Assembly (NCBI GenBank): GCA_965267575.1
Contig: OZ254086.1
Location: 64,001 to 128,000 of the forward strand
Length of the DNA stretch: 64,000 bases
Source of the DNA: Calditrichales bacterium
GTDB taxonomy: Bacteria > Calditrichota > Calditrichia > Calditrichales > J004
Direction of reading: 5' to 3'
Both the position numbers and the translations under genes were made by a program. The notes under the pieces were generated by a model. It was given only the letters and a program-made list of their open reading frames with translations. It ran no database searches and was not told the DNA's origin. Shown piece by piece: positions 30,957 through 41,340 of this stretch. Positions within the stretch are counted from its first letter, which is position 1. Each line of letters starts with the position of its first letter.

Positions 30957-33900
30957 TTAGTTTGGCCTAAAGATCACCCAACCACCTGGTTCTGTAATTA
31001 CAAGATTCCCCAAATTGTCGATGTAACCTTCACCCACAACAAGATGTCCTGAAGGATATGCCCATACTTTCTTAGTCGGTGCTACAATTTCAACCCCAAG
31101 CTCTTTTGCTAATTCAGAGGCCGCAGTAGCCCCGCATCCAGCAGTATCACAAGATAAAAGACGAATTGGCCCCCCTTTGTAGTTTTGGCTTTTTTTTAGC
31201 ATAGCTGCAAATTTCTTTGGACTAAAAACCTGTCCCTGAGTCGTATGAGAAAAACCTTCCTTAGACCCATGAATAATTATGTCTGTATATCCCAGGTCAG
31301 ACTTTGCTTTTCCAGCGTAAATACCATAACGATCTTTCTTAGGTGTAAAATTATGCCCACCCGGATAAGCGCTTTTAGTTCTTCCCCTCGTTATTGATTT
31401 TAATAATGGATTTTTTACTATCAGCACTCCTGGTGCAATTGCTTTTCCAAATTCTCGCGGATCTTTAAGAACTTTTTTGACATAGTCAACCGCTGCATTT
31501 GCATATTTCTCCGGATTATCCCATATATCTTCGACTGTATCAACAAGATTGTTATAATCCTGCTCTAGGGCATTCTTCGCCAATTCTTTTTCCAAATCGT
31601 CACCAAACATACTATACCATTCTTTGGCAAATCGTTCTCCAAGCCATGTTCCAGCTGTATCAAAACCTTCTACTGTTCCTTCGCCTATTCCAATACCAAA
31701 TTCCTTTGTTTCGAAGGCGCGATCCTTAAGTGATTGGACCATTTCTTCATCCAGTGATTTCTTTTTTTTATACAATCCTTCTTCATCAGGATCACTACTT
31801 CTTACCTCTACCGGACCAAGGTAGACGGGCGGTTTTGATTTCGGTTTCTTTTTTGGGTTGCTAGCTTTCCAAGTTTGCCCTATTTTTTCTGCCTCTTTTC
31901 TATCACCTTTTAATCCTTCTTGTGGTCTATAAGTTCGACTAGGTGGAGCTCCACTTACGTCCTCACCTAATCCAATACCGGCAGGTCCCATACCAGTTAT
32001 GTCTTTAAAAAATATTGGATTACTTTTTCCATACTCAAATAAATTTATACCACCATTAATATATATTGGATCTGAACTACACCACCGTGCTAGCCAAGGC
32101 AAATAATATCTAGCGGAACTATAATAGAATCCACTTTCCTTATCCCGTTCATTACCTGTAAATCTATATCGCTTTAAGCTTACTTCTGCAACAGACGTAC
32201 CTGCCAAGTAGGCAGTGGTGCCGTAGGGGTGATATTCTTCGTAAGAAATAATTGCAGCGGATTCATTCAATTCCAGACAAGCAGAGCCTAAATGATTGGC
32301 AAGATGGTAACGGATTATCGGCACATCAATTCCGGTGTTGTCATTAATATCAACGGTTTTGGTTTCCACCAGGGCAATTCGCTGCTCATCATCCATAGCA
32401 TGCAGGGTTTCACGCTGTAATTGCACGGTATCGCCGTCCACACTGTATTCGCGGTAAACTTCAAAGCCGCCCAGGTAAAGGCGTTCCTTCATGCAGCTTG
32501 GTTCCTCCCCAGCTGCTGCCTGGCGTTCGGTTACCTTGCGGCTGCGCTGCCCCTTGGCATCGTACACATAGTAAGTTATCTCCGGTGTGCCGCCGTTGTT
32601 TACCACCTGCCTTGAACTGGCCTGCAACTGGTCCTGCCAATCCCACTGCATCAGGGGCAGATGCGGCATAGAAGTCATGTTGCCGTGTTCGTCGTAGTCA
32701 TATTTCGCTGAATATTCCTGCTCGTCAGAGTATTCATCTGCATCACTATCACCCGGCAAACTGGTACTCAGCAATCGATTACTAGCCAAAGCATACTGAT
32801 AGCGGCGGTTCCAGATGGTCTGGCCCGGATTGGGCAGATTGCCCATTCTGTGAACCATACTGAGAATATTTCCCACTTCATCGTAATCGTATTGTTCGGT
32901 ATAATTGCGCATCGCCTGTGGATCATTGGGATGTGGGCTTATCACCGGCATGAAATCCGTATGATCAACTTGTGTATTCTGCCCCGGGTGTTCCCTTCCG
33001 CTGGCCTGAATGAGCCTGTAGAGGGGGTCATACTCATAAAGCGCCTTTGGTAGCACCTGTTGTCCATCATGTACGATTTCCTGTTGAGCATGATCATAAA
33101 TCTCAGTGATGTTGCCCACCGGGTCATAAGTGTAGCGTAAGTCCTGCAGTACTTTGTTATCATTGTTCCGTACCGTTTTCAGCTTTATCAAGCGGAAGGT
33201 CTGTGGATTGTAGGTATATGCCGTCTCTGAACCATTTGCATACTGAATCAGGGTGCGCTGGCCTTTTTCATTGTAATCGATATTGGTGACAAACGCGGTT
33301 TTGCTCCCTCCGCTCCGTAGCTCCACGTTCATTTCTTCCAAAAGATTGGCTTCGTTGTATTCAGGAAGTACTATGCTTGCCGGAATAGTATCCGTATGAG
33401 GTGTCCTTAATAGTGTGGGTCGGTTGAGGGCATTGAACTCGGTCTCAGAGCGGAAGATTTCACTTTCAAACAGGTCCGTGCCTGGATTTTCCGGCCAATT
33501 GAGCGTGCCTTTATACTGCATTGCCAGTTGCCGGGTGCTTTTCAGGACATTGCCCTTAAAATCGATCTCCACTGTTGTCACCAACCCGGCCTGATCGTAA
33601 AGTTTCACTACTGTGCCAATAAGGTTTTGTGCCTGGCTGCTTTGCCGCTCGGCAGACGTCATGTCTTTCCAATCGCCATAGACCATGCGCTGCACCACAT
33701 GGTCTAACTGCTCTTCACCGTCCCCGCCTTCAACGTACATTCGGGTCGGTCGCTGTAAATCATCATAAAACATGCTTGTATGGTGGTCACGGCTGTCGTA
33801 GCCGTGTATCAGGCTTCCGGCCACATTGGTCAGCATCCAGCGCTCGCCGGCGTCCATGCTGTTCTGGTAAAGCAGCCTCCCGGCAATATCATAAGCTGAA

Positions 33901-36900
33901 ATAAAATAGCTATTATCATCAAACTTACCGTACGTCATAACATCATTTTCGCGGGCGTCAATAATCCTTAGTGGATTACCTTCAATGTCCTGTACGGTTC
34001 GGGTCTTTATAAATTCGTCTGTACCGCCCTTCTTATTATGGGCGATGCTAAGAAAGGGGCGACCCAGGGAGTCCAGGTGAACGAGGGCAGGTGTATCGGC
34101 ATGAGTGGCGGTGAGTTGGGCCGCACGCTGTTCTTCTGCTCCCATACCACCGTCAATCCGTTTCGCATACCACTCACTTTCAAGCACCGTATCGTTCGGA
34201 TCGAATGTGGTTTGCTGCCAGGGATCGAATTCCACTTCCGAAAAAGTGCCATCCGGCATTTCAGTGCGAATCAGGCGACCTAGGGGATCATAGCGAAGAA
34301 TGGGTGTAACGCCCCATTCCACGAATTCCTTTTCATCTTCGTAATCCGGTGTTACGCTGAAAAAAGGTTCATACTGTTTAACCGGATTGCCTTTATTATT
34401 AAAAACGGTTCGGCCATTACCTACCCAACGCACTTCCGGTGAAGTATTCCGGTAGGCAAGATCGCCATTAGCATCGATATAAGGCGCTTGCCCTGGCTCA
34501 GCCTGAACTTTGGCCATCACTTCCCGCCCCATGCCGTCAGAATAGACATAACTTTCCTGCCAGCGGGGATTAGCTGCGCCGTGTTTTTCGCGGGCAAAGG
34601 TATGCACAAAATTAGGCTTGTCGTTGATCATCCAATTAAACAGGTTATATTCCATGCGGGTGGTGGGATCATCCAGGTTGTCACCGAGATTTTCACCCTC
34701 TTTGCCCATCACCACGCTCTTAATCACCATGCCCAATTCATCAAACACTACGGCGGCACGGTTTAAATTGGGATCGGTCACAAGGTCGGGCTGTAGCAGC
34801 CGGTAATCGTTACGGGCGGCGATAATGTTGTCATTCGAATCGCGGGCTTCGGTGACCAGCAGATCGTAGTCATCATAGGTGATATGTGAGTCATTGCCAA
34901 AGGGATCGCGAGCGGCCTGCGGCAGATAGAAATGGTCACCTGCAAAATTCTCATCGGGATTGTCGGGATCTGGAGACAAGAAGACCCTGCCGGAAGGAAT
35001 CCACCAAAGGTCTGCTTCCTCTTCTTCATCTACAAATTGAAAATACTTGCCATCATCTCTGAGCATGTCCTCGGTTACGTTGGCGCGATCCGCAAATATC
35101 TTATCCAAATGGCCTTTACTGAATGCCAATTGATAAGATTCATAAGGCAGAGCCAGTGATTCGACTTCGCCTTTCGGAAGTTCACCGGAAAGATCATTTT
35201 TCAGATACAATGTACAGGCACGCTCAATGAGCCGTTTCGTCACTTCATCGCCGGGTGCCGTCTCTTCATAATCGATCTCGTTAATGTCATCCGCATCAAT
35301 TGCCTCCTTTAACTCCTGCTTGCTAAAGATGAGGCCGCCGGGCTTCAACCCGGTGATTTCATAGGTTCGGCTTTCGATAGGAAGACCGATACGGTAAAAC
35401 TCATTGCTCTCATCAAGATGGCTGACGTCCGTTTCCGAATAAACAATGTACAACGCCTTCTGTTCTTCCGGGTGGCCTGTGCCACGACGCGGGTAAGCAA
35501 TGGCCGCCGTCTTCAGCGGCATGCCGTATTTCTCGTCGATTTCCAGGGTATGATTGTGGGCAACGCGCGGATCATCTGGATTGCGTTCGTAGTGATAGCT
35601 CAGCGATTCACAATTGCAGACATAAAAGGAAGCGTGCTTGTTATGCTGCTGTGGTTGAATCAGTTTGATATGGGATTTGCTCTCCACCACGGTGTAAGGA
35701 TGTGCGCTTTCCGGAGAATCGTCCAGGGCATAAACCTCTTGACGCAGCATTGTGCCACGCAACGCCCGGCAGGCTTCGCGTTCTTCCTGCGCCGTCAATC
35801 CCTGGGGTATTTCAGTGTCGGCCAACAGCACCGCTTGCGCGTCCCCGTCGTAATATTCATCAAGATAATGCTGCGAGATTTTCTCATGCAACCGGTAAGC
35901 TCCGGTGTGAAACCAGGTTTTGGTGAGAACAGGCGGCTGGTGGAATTCTGTATCAACAGGCACGGGGGGCTCGCTAAACAAACCGGCGCCATTGTAGGCG
36001 GAAAACGATTCCGTGTCGAGTTGTTCCACAAATCCAAAGCCACGGAACTCCCGCTCAATGCCGTCAAAGTAACCATGATGATATTTGTAGCTTGTAACCA
36101 ACTTGGTGTTGGTGACGCCTTCGCGTACTTCCATACGTTCCACCACATGCACGGGAAAAGGCAGTTTGGTAATCCACGGCTTACCTTCGAGACGGTCTTG
36201 TAAATAGAATTTGGTGGAAGGAGCGTATTGTAAACGGGTTTCAGCGCCCATGTTGTTGGTGGTATAATCCATCAAATGGGGCTTTACGCCTGACATCAGA
36301 TCGATGTAGCGCATCGGCTGATCCGACTCCCCAGGCAAAGACGAAGACCATACCAAGCAGGCTGTGCCATTACCTAAAAGGTCTATCACATTTACACTAG
36401 AAAGGTTATCGACAGGAGGAAAACTTGTCAGTTCCTCCACATCACTCCAACTGTTCCCTGCTTGGTTGTAATAAAGCCTGACCTTATTTTTACCGAGATA
36501 AATAATATCAATCGTACCTGAACCGTCAATGTCAGTCAGGCGGATTCGGCGCGGATCAAATGAACCGGGAAGGTCTAAGTGCGGCGGAGTATCCATAGTA
36601 ATTTTCTCGCCAAATCGTCCATAGCCGAGATTTGGCCAATAACACACATCGGTGTTTTGAATCCGCACAATATCGGTCAGCCCGTCCCCCGACATATCCG
36701 CCAGGAAAACAGTAGCTGTGCCGTCAGCAAACACCAACGCCGGCCCATTATCCTCATCGAGTGCCTTGCGTACATATTCTGCTTCGGCAAATCCCTTTTC
36801 CGCCTCTGAAGGATACCAGACAAATAATTCGTCCTGCGCAATCAATATATCTGCGTGACCGTCACCGTTTAGATCTATAAAGCGCAGGTTAGGATCATTC

Positions 36901-38522
36901 CAATTGAGATTGGGTATCGATTCAATGGGGATAAAAGCTTTCCAGTTGTTCTCATCGACGATCAGCTTGTCATCCTTTTCATAAAAACCTGAAACGGGTT
37001 CATCCAGCAGAACTAGTTCTTTTTGGCCGTCGCCATCCAGATCCATAATCTGCGGTTGTCCACTGCGTAGAGATGTCAATGAAGGCGTCAATGGCAGCTT
37101 CTGAGAGGGCGCAAAACGACCATTGCCAAGATTACGTTTGTAATACCAGGCATCTGCCTTTTCGGTGAGCACACCTGAAAGCCCTTCGCCATCCAGATCG
37201 AGCCATTGGTAAAATCCGCCATCCAAACCGCTGGGAAGATTTTCCAGGCTTTCCGGATCCATGTCGTAAATTTGCTCATCAATCTGAGCTTTGGTATAAC
37301 CAAACTCAACGGGCGGTAGCGATTTTCTGGAGTATGTTCCATCGTTATTTCTGATATAACCGCTTTGAATGACAGACATCATCTTCGTTAAATGCGGATG
37401 CTGTTTATAGTGAAATTCGGTAGAAGCGACAAGGCATGGTTCCGGCCCCAACTCTCTAAAGTGATGGAACATTAAAACGCGCTTACAGAGCCGGTAGGTT
37501 CGAATTTCAAATCCGGCGCGATAGCTGGAAAAAGGATCTTGGCGCACCGGCCAGGGTTGACCTTCATCCTTCCTTGCCTGAACAAATCCATTGCCATTAC
37601 CGTCATCACCGGTTAATTCAAAGTGTCTCTCCCCGTAGTCAAACACCGTCTCGAAAAGCCAGTTGTTTCGCTCGCCGGGACTCTGATTGCCATATTTTAT
37701 GCGCTTGATGTAGCGGTTGGAAAAACTTTTGTTCAGTGTGAACCGTTTGCCCTCCTGCGGCAAAGACGCATTTACACTGTCCTTATTTTCCTGTTTATAT
37801 TCGTAAACGACGACATTGCCTTTATCGTCATAAGTTTCTTCCAAGAGCCAACTGAAGATACGGGTAGGATCTTGCGGATCGGCGATACGGGCGGTAGGTT
37901 TTTCCCCGAAAATACTTGTGATATTATCACGTGTTACAGAACGCCAGTGAACATCGCCATTTGACGTATTGGTCCATTTTTCGATTCGGGCAAACAAACC
38001 TTCGGTCCGCGGACGATAGCGTTGGATATAAAACTCATCTTTATAGTAAGTGTCATTTTCCCATTCGCCAATAACGTTTTTTATTAATGCAGGGACTAAA
38101 TCCTCTGCCCCGGAAAGCAAAAATACATCAGACTCATCAGAATCCTGGTAGCGTGGCAGGCCTTTTGAAGTTTTGCGGGTGATTGTCGGAATCGACAGAT
38201 TCCAGCCTAATCCGAATGGACCGTTACCGGCCCCGGAATCGTAGGATACCGCCAATTCCGGTCCAAAACCGGAGCGTCCGGGAGATGTGGCAATCGGTAT
38301 GCTCATACCACCCGTCCCGGTTACGGGATTCATAGAGAACTTTTCTCCAATTCCCTGAATTGCACCACCACCTTTTGGGATAGATATGGCGGGAAGAGGA
38401 GCTGCTTGGTCTTGTTCTTCCGTGTTCATACTTCGTGGGGTTTGCATGCTTGCATTTGAGCTTAAGCTGTTTTGATTATAATATTTTGCATCCATATATA
38501 TTGGATTATCTAGTGATGGCAA
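30957..38522 (-). CDS. Fused TcB-TcC (SpvB / TcdB-mid / RHS core) toxin with caspase-like C-terminal domain
   Basis: SpvB N-terminus (PKGGGAIQGIGEKF, YDSGAGNGPFGLGW), FG-GAP-like DLDGDG repeats, FDGIEREFRGFG, YD repeats, and RHS core YEEYHPYG..RYRFTGNERD..RWCSSDP..NPIFFKDITG. Confidence 0.93.
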   Translation of the reverse strand: MPSLDNPIYMDAKYYNQNSLSSNASMQTPRSMNTEEQDQAAPLPAISIPKGGGAIQGIGEKFSMNPVTGTGGMSIPIATSPGRSGFGPELAVSYDSGAGNGPFGLGWNLSIPTITRKTSKGLPRYQDSDESDVFLLSGAEDLVPALIKNVIGEWENDTYYKDEFYIQRYRPRTEGLFARIEKWTNTSNGDVHWRSVTRDNITSIFGEKPTARIADPQDPTRIFSWLLEETYDDKGNVVVYEYKQENKDSVNASLPQEGKRFTLNKSFSNRYIKRIKYGNQSPGERNNWLFETVFDYGERHFELTGDDGNGNGFVQARKDEGQPWPVRQDPFSSYRAGFEIRTYRLCKRVLMFHHFRELGPEPCLVASTEFHYKQHPHLTKMMSVIQSGYIRNNDGTYSRKSLPPVEFGYTKAQIDEQIYDMDPESLENLPSGLDGGFYQWLDLDGEGLSGVLTEKADAWYYKRNLGNGRFAPSQKLPLTPSLTSLRSGQPQIMDLDGDGQKELVLLDEPVSGFYEKDDKLIVDENNWKAFIPIESIPNLNWNDPNLRFIDLNGDGHADILIAQDELFVWYPSEAEKGFAEAEYVRKALDEDNGPALVFADGTATVFLADMSGDGLTDIVRIQNTDVCYWPNLGYGRFGEKITMDTPPHLDLPGSFDPRRIRLTDIDGSGTIDIIYLGKNKVRLYYNQAGNSWSDVEELTSFPPVDNLSSVNVIDLLGNGTACLVWSSSLPGESDQPMRYIDLMSGVKPHLMDYTTNNMGAETRLQYAPSTKFYLQDRLEGKPWITKLPFPVHVVERMEVREGVTNTKLVTSYKYHHGYFDGIEREFRGFGFVEQLDTESFSAYNGAGLFSEPPVPVDTEFHQPPVLTKTWFHTGAYRLHEKISQHYLDEYYDGDAQAVLLADTEIPQGLTAQEEREACRALRGTMLRQEVYALDDSPESAHPYTVVESKSHIKLIQPQQHNKHASFYVCNCESLSYHYERNPDDPRVAHNHTLEIDEKYGMPLKTAAIAYPRRGTGHPEEQKALYIVYSETDVSHLDESNEFYRIGLPIESRTYEITGLKPGGLIFSKQELKEAIDADDINEIDYEETAPGDEVTKRLIERACTLYLKNDLSGELPKGEVESLALPYESYQLAFSKGHLDKIFADRANVTEDMLRDDGKYFQFVDEEEEADLWWIPSGRVFLSPDPDNPDENFAGDHFYLPQAARDPFGNDSHITYDDYDLLVTEARDSNDNIIAARNDYRLLQPDLVTDPNLNRAAVVFDELGMVIKSVVMGKEGENLGDNLDDPTTRMEYNLFNWMINDKPNFVHTFAREKHGAANPRWQESYVYSDGMGREVMAKVQAEPGQAPYIDANGDLAYRNTSPEVRWVGNGRTVFNNKGNPVKQYEPFFSVTPDYEDEKEFVEWGVTPILRYDPLGRLIRTEMPDGTFSEVEFDPWQQTTFDPNDTVLESEWYAKRIDGGMGAEEQRAAQLTATHADTPALVHLDSLGRPFLSIAHNKKGGTDEFIKTRTVQDIEGNPLRIIDARENDVMTYGKFDDNSYFISAYDIAGRLLYQNSMDAGERWMLTNVAGSLIHGYDSRDHHTSMFYDDLQRPTRMYVEGGDGEEQLDHVVQRMVYGDWKDMTSAERQSSQAQNLIGTVVKLYDQAGLVTTVEIDFKGNVLKSTRQLAMQYKGTLNWPENPGTDLFESEIFRSETEFNALNRPTLLRTPHTDTIPASIVLPEYNEANLLEEMNVELRSGGSKTAFVTNIDYNEKGQRTLIQYANGSETAYTYNPQTFRLIKLKTVRNNDNKVLQDLRYTYDPVGNITEIYDHAQQEIVHDGQQVLPKALYEYDPLYRLIQASGREHPGQNTQVDHTDFMPVISPHPNDPQAMRNYTEQYDYDEVGNILSMVHRMGNLPNPGQTIWNRRYQYALASNRLLSTSLPGDSDADEYSDEQEYSAKYDYDEHGNMTSMPHLPLMQWDWQDQLQASSRQVVNNGGTPEITYYVYDAKGQRSRKVTERQAAAGEEPSCMKERLYLGGFEVYREYSVDGDTVQLQRETLHAMDDEQRIALVETKTVDINDNTGIDVPIIRYHLANHLGSACLELNESAAIISYEEYHPYGTTAYLAGTSVAEVSLKRYRFTGNERDKESGFYYSSARYYLPWLARWCSSDPIYINGGINLFEYGKSNPIFFKDITGMGPAGIGLGEDVSGAPPSRTYRPQEGLKGDRKEAEKIGQTWKASNPKKKPKSKPPVYLGPVEVRSSDPDEEGLYKKKKSLDEEMVQSLKDRAFETKEFGIGIGEGTVEGFDTAGTWLGERFAKEWYSMFGDDLEKELAKNALEQDYNNLVDTVEDIWDNPEKYANAAVDYVKKVLKDPREFGKAIAPGVLIVKNPLLKSITRGRTKSAYPGGHNFTPKKDRYGIYAGKAKSDLGYTDIIIHGSKEGFSHTTQGQVFSPKKFAAMLKKSQNYKGGPIRLLSCDTAGCGATAASELAKELGVEIVAPTKKVWAYPSGHLVVGEGYIDNLGNLVITEPGGWVIFRPN

Positions 38523-39483
38523 CAGTCAAGCCACCAGTCTTTACATTCTTCTTTGGATCAATTAATACCACGTTGAAAATATGAACATCAGTCTTTTTCA
38601 TTTTTATTTTTGGCGGATTTAGATTCATCTGGATAAGCGGCAAATGGGACTCGCCTTGCCAAACATTTATACTTGTTTTTTGAAGGCTCCCTTGTTTTGG
38701 ATTTGTCATTTTAATTTCAAAATCTAATTGATCACTTATTATTATATTGTATTTTCTAAGCCTGTGATGGCATTTAAAGGCGTTTATATTTGCCTCCTCA
38801 ATAGGATGAATTTCGATTCTAAATTCTTGATTTTCATTTTGATCTTTTTCAAAATCCAACTCAAGATCGAATAGCATAGATTCATGTACTCTTACCATCA
38901 TTAAATTTTGTTGACCTATATGTCTATCATTTCGACAATCTAAGAATTCGAAGTCATTTGGAATGTCAATTGATGGTGAAAAAGAATAAACCCTAGCTAG
39001 CAGACAAACATGACCATCACCCATAAATTCTGGCGTCCAATCAATATCTAAAGAAGCTCTTCCATTTGCTGGAACAGGTATAGTGCCGCTACCAAGCAGA
39101 ATAGAACTGCCAACGCTTTTGCCTAAAGTTGCATTGCTAACATAAATCTCAACAACCGCAGAGTGAACCTCCATATCTCCACCATTTGTAACAGTACACC
39201 TTATGACATATGGCCGACCAGCAATTGGGTGTCGAGTTTCTTCCTGTGAATCAATGTTTGCATACACATTGAGATCGGGACTCAGCCAAAAAGGATCATC
39301 TGCAGGCCGAAGTCCAGTATCATCTTCGCGATATTTTATATAGAGAAATGATTCGCCGACAACCTCAGTTGGCTTTTTGCCTTTATCAATATAATCTTTA
39401 TCATCATTTGCATCTTTTTTTTCACTTTCGGCTTTAGCCTTAAAATACCTAATAGCTGATATTTGTTGCTTAAAAGCATTCAT
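38506..39483 (-). CDS. Hypothetical protein with CARDB/Ig-like domain
   Basis: LYIKYREDDTG...FWLSPDL...VIRCTVTNGG...VEIYVS...GHVCLLARV...IGQQNL, a beta-sandwich pattern. No signal peptide. Confidence 0.55.
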   Translation of the reverse strand: MNAFKQQISAIRYFKAKAESEKKDANDDKDYIDKGKKPTEVVGESFLYIKYREDDTGLRPADDPFWLSPDLNVYANIDSQEETRHPIAGRPYVIRCTVTNGGDMEVHSAVVEIYVSNATLGKSVGSSILLGSGTIPVPANGRASLDIDWTPEFMGDGHVCLLARVYSFSPSIDIPNDFEFLDCRNDRHIGQQNLMMVRVHESMLFDLELDFEKDQNENQEFRIEIHPIEEANINAFKCHHRLRKYNIIISDQLDFEIKMTNPKQGSLQKTSINVWQGESHLPLIQMNLNPPKIKMKKTDVHIFNVVLIDPKKNVKTGGLTVAITR

Positions 39484-39494
39484 TTTATATTTCC

Positions 39495-41279
39495 TTAGAT
39501 AAAGCTGATTGGATCTACTTGAATCCCCAAAGGCGGCCTTGGATCTTCATCGTTACCTTTACCCCAACTTTTATATCCAATTCCCCTATCCCCATCAAGA
39601 TTGAAATCAGGAATAGTTAATTTTTGATCTACAATGATTCGATAAAATTCTGAAGTCAATCTTACTGCGTTACCCAACTGTTCCCTTTCCATCCGATTTG
39701 ATAAGTCATGTAGGTCGGAAGGATTTTCACTCATTTGCTCAATAAACGGTAGCACTTGATCATTAAAACTTAAAGGGCCATCTATAAACAAATTTGGTTG
39801 ATGGTTAAGATATATACGGGGACTTGGAGTAGTTGCATTTCTTTCAACCCTAGTCAAAGGGTAAAGAAGATGTTTTTCTAAATCAGTTGAGTTATCTTTT
39901 GTTCGGGGATAACGATTGAAAATATTGGTTGCTGTAATATTTCTGTTATCAGAATGACGAGGATTATTTAAGTGTATAACGTTTGGAAGATTTAGGTGGC
40001 TCCTAAAAGGAAATGCTAATCCATTTAATGCTACACCCAGTCTATAATTTAAAAACGCTTCATATAAAGCTTCATACATTATTGAAAGAAAGACTCTAAC
40101 TGGTGCCATTGCAATTGTAGTAAGGGTTCCTAAAATAAAATCAATAATTGCTACCGCTAATACAACCGCCGCTAGAATTGCCGCCGCAAGAGCAGCTAAA
40201 AACCCTAAAATACCCCCGCCAGCACTACTAAAGGCATCACCAACCATGTCTATTGCATCGCTGGCATTATTCGAAAAAGTTGCCCACGCCTGCGCGAATT
40301 CTCTATCTAAGCTGTATGGCTGAGGTTTTGGAATTGCTCCGCTTCCGGTACTCTTTGTAAACCACGTATACCATAGTCTGTATGCAGTTTCAATATCATC
40401 CATATCAATTGACCGACCAAAATCGTTACCATAGACTTTAGAAATTGCTGTTTCTAAAAGCTTTTTAATTTTAAGAGGGAGATTGTTATGTGGAAGCCTA
40501 AAGTCAAAGTCATTGTGCAAATTGCTATAAGCAAGCTCTTGCAAAAGATAATGGTTCATTGCCCAAGTATCATTAAAGTTTTCTACAAGTTTATGCCGCT
40601 GAGGGTGAGTTCTGTACGGACCCCCAGTTAATAAATTTACATATGGATGACCAACTAAGTCACCTGCGATATGACTAAGGTATCCAATTGCGTACGAATG
40701 CTCAGATGTTCCTGGTTTTGTTTCATCCAATAAGAATTTTGCAAATTTGCCTGTTCGTCTATAATGTAGCGTATCAAACCACCACCAATCCTTACTAGGT
40801 TGCCCATCTTGTACCGGGTGAGCAATGAGATTAAACACATCAATAGCATCCGTTATATGATTTGTAGTTGCTTCAGTTACCGTAGTCAAAAGCCCGTCTA
40901 AAACTTGCTTCGCATCTAAAAGCCCTTCTCTAAGTTCAGTTAACAAAACGGACCTTTGTGTAACTTGATTCTGAACAGCATCGATAGCTTGTGCTAGCTG
41001 AATCAATTCATCAGGAATAAGTTCAAGTAGTTTTTCTCTGAAGTCTTCAATAAAATCTGCGATATCCAAGTATAGGTTTGCTAAATCAGCTAGTACAGGA
41101 TTTGCATCTTTTAAATGAAAAAATAAAAAATCTGGGCCAACGCTACCAAAGCTTAAATAAGGTTTATCTCTCTTACTTGTTAGCGCGTTCGCAACATTTA
41201 GATACTTTGGTCCTAGCCTCTCAACTAATTCATTAGGTACTTTTTTTGATATAATGTAATGTATACAGGGACCCGGCAT
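39495..41279 (-). CDS. Zinc-dependent phospholipase C family protein
   Basis: N-terminal MPGPCIH, GSVGPDFLFF, LHYRRTG, AIGYLSHIAGDLVGHPYVN, HKLVE. GGAGG RBS. Confidence 0.85.
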   Translation of the reverse strand: MPGPCIHYIISKKVPNELVERLGPKYLNVANALTSKRDKPYLSFGSVGPDFLFFHLKDANPVLADLANLYLDIADFIEDFREKLLELIPDELIQLAQAIDAVQNQVTQRSVLLTELREGLLDAKQVLDGLLTTVTEATTNHITDAIDVFNLIAHPVQDGQPSKDWWWFDTLHYRRTGKFAKFLLDETKPGTSEHSYAIGYLSHIAGDLVGHPYVNLLTGGPYRTHPQRHKLVENFNDTWAMNHYLLQELAYSNLHNDFDFRLPHNNLPLKIKKLLETAISKVYGNDFGRSIDMDDIETAYRLWYTWFTKSTGSGAIPKPQPYSLDREFAQAWATFSNNASDAIDMVGDAFSSAGGGILGFLAALAAAILAAVVLAVAIIDFILGTLTTIAMAPVRVFLSIMYEALYEAFLNYRLGVALNGLAFPFRSHLNLPNVIHLNNPRHSDNRNITATNIFNRYPRTKDNSTDLEKHLLYPLTRVERNATTPSPRIYLNHQPNLFIDGPLSFNDQVLPFIEQMSENPSDLHDLSNRMEREQLGNAVRLTSEFYRIIVDQKLTIPDFNLDGDRGIGYKSWGKGNDEDPRPPLGIQVDPISFI

Positions 41280-41340
41280 TACACCTCCAAGAATGTTAAA
41301 CTAAAGTATTTTGCCATCCAAAAACTGAAATAGTCGACGT

